Shown here: positions 58,954-64,000 of the stretch, piece by piece | Numbering within the stretch: the first letter of the stretch is position 1 | How the letters are laid out: the number at the start of each line of letters is the position of its first letter | Assembly: GCF_009914755.1 (NCBI RefSeq) | Contig: NC_060934.1 | Reading direction: 5' to 3' (one strand) | Origin: the human T2T-CHM13v2.0 reference genome, Homo sapiens | Length of the DNA: 64,000 nucleotides | Notes under the pieces: model-generated | Told to the model about the DNA's origin: nothing | Database searches by the model: none | Seen by the model: only the letters and a program-made list of their open reading frames with translations | Made by a program: the position numbers and the translations under genes

Positions 58954-60134
58954 TCTGTCATGCGTTTCATAAACACAGTACTTGAGTTTTCCCAACCTCT
59001 TGCTATCCAGCTGGCTTCCCCGGCTGCAGTGATGCTGCTGCTGTTTGGCATTGGTTGTCTCTTCACAAAGGGTGGGGAAGCAGATGACAGGGACACGCTG
59101 TACACCCAGGGAATGACTGGGCTCTAACAGGAGATGCCTCAGCTGAAGGAAGTCCTCAGAGCCCCTTGAATCTCCACACCTGAGTGAACTAATTCCACTC
59201 ACAATCAGCAGTCCGGACCACAGAAGCAGGCGCCAGTGGAGATGCTTGCCTCCCCTCAGGGGTCCTGCTGACAGACCCCACCAGGACGTGTAGAACACAG
59301 CGCAGTCATGCTTCTTCCTCCCTGCTGCCCAGGGGGCTCTCTCTTAGGGGGCTCGTCAGAGATGCACCTCTGTCAAGGGATGACTGACTTCCATTTCATT
59401 TACCTGAAGTTTCTGCCCATTCCTTCCCAGAGAATATAATTTTTCAATGAAGAAGTCAGCTCACCTCAAGACTCTGGGCTCAAGCGTGCCCCAACCTCCA
59501 TCCCCAAGTACAAAACCTCCTCTCAGCTCCAGCACACCTCAGGATGAGCCAGGACCCCACTCACCGTTTCCCAGTAACACCCCAGGCCTGAAAAAAGCTA
59601 CTGCTGTGTGGGCGAATTAAGGAGGCAATGCGCATTTGTTGAGTCCTGCCAGCTAATTATAGATAAAACAAGCTTTCTGAGAGCTGTGAATGTGGATTTT
59701 CTATGGTGTTACTTATCTGCATGCCGGCATTTCTCACCAACGCTGCTCTGCACCGCACAGCACTGCTGACTCGGAGAACAACTTCTGCTTTCCTTGAGGA
59801 ATTCTCAACCACCAGTTTTCATGCAAGGCACTGACTATGAAAACTTCAGTCCTATTATTTTGTTATCCTTTTTCAGACTTTGAAAATGGGCTGCTCAATG
59901 AGAACAGTATGGCTGAACCCCACGATGGTCACACAGCTGAGGTTCACCACACGCGATGCTGACTGACTCCTTGTCAGCATTGCAGCCCTGACCCCTCAAT
60001 GGCTACACAGCTGAGGTTTCCCACATGTGGTGCTGACTGGCTCCTCGTTGGCAGCGCAGCCCTGACAGCAGCATTTGCACTGTCACCTTCTCCCTGTGTG
60101 GACGGCTGGGCTCCCCCTCTGTGGACCGCTGGGC

Positions 60135-60583
60135 TGCATCAGTCTGTTTTCACGCTGCTATAAAGAACTGCCCAAGACTCTCTAATTTATAAAGGAAAGC
60201 AGTTTGATTGACTCACAGTTACACATGGCTGGGGAGACCTCAGGAAACTTATGATCATGGCAGAAGGCGAAGGGGAAGCAAAGGCCTATCTTACATGGCG
60301 GCAGGTGAGAGGGAGGTGTGCGAGGGGGAGGACAGGACCTACTGAAATAGTACCATATAATATCTGACAGAGCAGCCAAGGGCTGGTGGCTGCAGGTCGC
60401 AGGAAGGGAACACAGTTACCAAAAAAACAGATCTCGTGAGATCTCCCAATCGCGAGGACAGCATAGGGGAATCCACCCCCAGGATCCAATCACCTCCCCA
60501 GGTTTTGCCCTTGGCATGTGGGGGTTATGGAAATTACAATTCGAGATGAGATTTGGGTGGGGATACAGAGCCAAACCGTATCA
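60135..60583 (-). mobile_element. THE1/MST-type MaLR solo LTR with an 84-bp foreign insert
   Basis: tgcatcagtctgttttcacgctgctataaagaact...ggatacagagccaaaccgtatca; 5-bp TSD tgggc on both sides. Confidence 0.9.
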
Positions 60584-62552
60584 TGGGCTTTACTAACACC
60601 ATTTTAAAGGAACTCTGAAATGTCTAGTTACCATCTGCCAAATTGTTGACTTTATCATAGAGCAAGCATGGATATGCCAGCCCCTCGAACTTGTTAATAG
60701 CCTAGGTGCTGACTAGGACTTATCTCCAGTAACCTGACCCTGCCACAATGGGACTGGGGAAGGGGCCCCAACCCTAAGCCCAGCTCTTGCTCGGGTGGAT
60801 TTTGAAGGCAGACAGGGCCACTGAGAGCAAGTTCAGACCCAGGGAATAAAACTAGGGCCCCCTCAGCAAGCGCAGACTCCTGCAAGCCTTCACAGCAGAT
60901 GTGGGTTCAGCTGGGCCCTCCCCTACATCTGTACCTGCCAGGGACCCCTGCAGGCAATGTGCCAGCTTCCCTGACAACCACCTCTGTGCTCATCAGCGTC
61001 TGGGGCAAAGGTGGGTTCAGAGCCAACCCCTGGCCTGTCTCAGGAGCAGGGCCCATGGCTACTTCTGTGTTCTCTTCCTGAGACCTGCAGCCACCAGCCC
61101 TTGGCTGCTCCAGCAGACGTTATACAGTACTATTTCAGTAGGTCCTGTGACCCCACAAGTCCAGGATACATGAAGGGAAAGTGACTGCTCCTTAGTAATT
61201 AATCAAACAAATACTGCAGCTTTCACTTGGCCCTTGTTTGGGAACACTGTACGTGCCTAGGTTTTACACGAGAATTTCCAAATGCCATAGAAATTATCCT
61301 GAACTTTATTTCCTCATTCATCCCCCAAATATTTAATACCTATTGTGTGCCATGCAATGGACAGAGTACATAAAACAGAAATCCTACACAAAACAAAGTG
61401 CACACGAAACACAGACACAATATCACCAAATGTTCGCTGGATAAAAGATTTAAAAAGTTGTATTTTAACTTAAAATCTTTTAAAAGCTGGAAATACAGGG
61501 ATGCTTAATTCAATGACTCCAATGATTTTCTTAAACAAATCACCTCATCTGGGTAAGCAATGGATAACAAAACAAGACAGGCCAGGTCCCATCAGGACAG
61601 GAATGACTGCGATGTCTCCCCCCATAGGTTTCAGGCTTCAGAAAATGCTAAGATCTTTCTATCATCCTTAAAGCTATTTTTTTTCTGACAACCTTGCTGT
61701 GTAAAATAATGGCTCAGTCCCAAAAAGGCTTGTAGTTAATTTAAGAGGCCTGAGGTTTTCTTTTGGAGAGCGGAGGGGGCAAATGACCTACCAGAAGTTA
61801 TATGTAATAAGCTCAAGTTATTCCAGAGAAGTTTGTACACACATTATGACTTTCTCTGAGGCCAGTGAGCTGCGGGCAACCCTCCAGGAAACACTGAGGC
61901 TTCCTGTGCACTAATTCACATTGTGTCAAAAATACTGAGTTGCAGGGAGGAAAGCAGAGATGATTCCTGGTGCAACATGTAAATGTGGTAAGATTTTGAT
62001 GGTTTCACTAGCTATTTAAATAATAATGTTGATAGTACACACTTTAGTTTGTGGAAACATCCTTTCTAGAAGATCTTGCCCAACCTTTATTAAGTGGCAA
62101 TGATTAAGAATATACTTTAGAAGGCAAATAAAGTAGAATGTATGCAGTCCTATACTCATTGATACATTATGAGTAGAACTTGTTAAGATCTCTGCTTTGC
62201 AATACCAACTTTTATGAAACAAACCTGTTTATGTAAGCACATATGTATTCAAGGATTTTTATAATAATATGTTTATGAAAACACATGTGTTGATACCATA
62301 TTACCCCAATTATAGAGGGAAGATGAGAATATCTGATCAGAAAGAATGGGGAGGCTTCATTTAAAATGAAAAAAAGGTCAATAATCAAAGTGCAAAACCG
62401 ATCGAAGAATGTGATCGTATTACAAGGTGACTTGCAGAACAAAGCAGTCCAGACAGGCAAAAGGACTGGCACGGAGAAACACAACTGAGTGAAATTACAT
62501 TTAATTCAACACATAGGCACCGCAATATCCATTCATTCAGGAATATGCGTTA

Positions 62553-62930
<378 letters not shown>

Positions 62931-63099
62931 CATTCAAATTCCCACATCATAGTTTTTACAACACCAATATACCATGCAACCATCTCCCTGATAAGCCCAA
63001 TCATTTACTGGTCAATGCACAGAATGTGAAGATATTATGAGGCACACACAGGAACTAAACCTACATGAATTTTTATCTTTTGCTAAAATGAGATTTGGG

Positions 63100-63720
63100 T
63101 GAACTAAATAAAACCACCATGAGTGTTCAAAGGAAAATACTTTTCAAGTGAACTGAAACAAAAATTAAAATCTATGAAATGCAGCCAAAATAATGATGGG
63201 AAGTAAGCTCATAGGACGAAAGGCTCATATTCGAAAAAAGTAAGGTCTCAGGTCCATAATCTAAGCTTCTATGTTAAACTCAAAGCCAGAAAAAGACATC
63301 ATAATGAGCACAAATCAAAGAAACTGAAAACAGAAAGGAGGAAACTCAAGTCACACCAAAAGCCTACGTATAAAAATTCCCAAGGGATCTACAAAAGTCA
63401 GTCCTAGATCCAATACCTGAGTTCAGCCAAGTCACAGCACACAGTCAAAGTGTACTCTACGTATTGGCAATTAGTATTTGGGACCTAAATGTTAAAAACA
63501 ACACTATTTACAGTAGCTGTATAAAAAACACTTAGGTATACATTTAACAAAGCACACAGAGGATGTGTATGAAGAAAACCACAAAACACTGAAGAAAGAA
63601 AGGAAAGAGCTACCTCAACTGAGCCACGAGTCCAAGGAGAAGCGGCAACACAGTCAAGACACCAATTCTCTCCACGTTGACCAACAGACTTACCACAACT
63701 CCAACATAAATCCCGCCAGG
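63100..63720 (+). mobile_element. Old L1M ORF2 relic
   Basis: aaaatctatgaaatgcagccaaa; cacttaggtatacatttaacaaagcacacagaggatgtgtatgaagaaaaccacaaaacactga. Confidence 0.7.
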
Positions 63721-64000
63721 ACACTGACCTGCGGACTTACCACAATTCCAGCATAAATCCTGGCAGGACACCGACCTGCAGACTTATTACAATTCCAGCA
63801 TAAATTCCGCCAGAACACTAACCTGCGGACTTACCACAATTCCAACATAAATTCCGCCAAGACGCCTACCTGCAGACTTACCACGATTCCAACATAAATC
63901 CCGCCAGGACACTGACCTGCGGACTTACCACAATTCCAACATAAATTCCGCCAGGATGCCTACCTGCAGACTTACCACGATTCCAACATAAATCCCGCCA
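63687..64000. repeat. Minisatellite, 47-bp unit x >=6.5, runs off the window end
   Basis: gacttaccacaattccaacataaatcccgccaggacactgacctgcg at 63687, 63734, 63781 and onward. Confidence 0.94.

Overview
Primate (human or other great ape) genomic DNA, not prokaryotic. The whole window appears to lie inside DIP2C, transcribed on the minus strand. I can read two constitutive coding exons (47446-47517 and 31034-31144, exons 2 and 3 by my recall of the protein) and an in-frame 168-nt cassette exon (45765-45932). The rest is intron: Alus, THE1 LTRs, MIR/L2/L1M relics, a MER2, an L1PA7-like element with an L1PA2-like element nested inside it, about 15 minisatellites and a ~2.65-kb stretch with no pyrimidine. 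The most striking signal is that the cassette exon, with both splice sites, forms one arm of a ~400-bp imperfect palindrome, so the pre-mRNA could fold it into a long hairpin. Several minisatellites are amplified pieces of old transposons. Nearly all long ORFs in the track come from tandem repeats or L1. Gene and subfamily names rest on recalled sequences, not on database searches.
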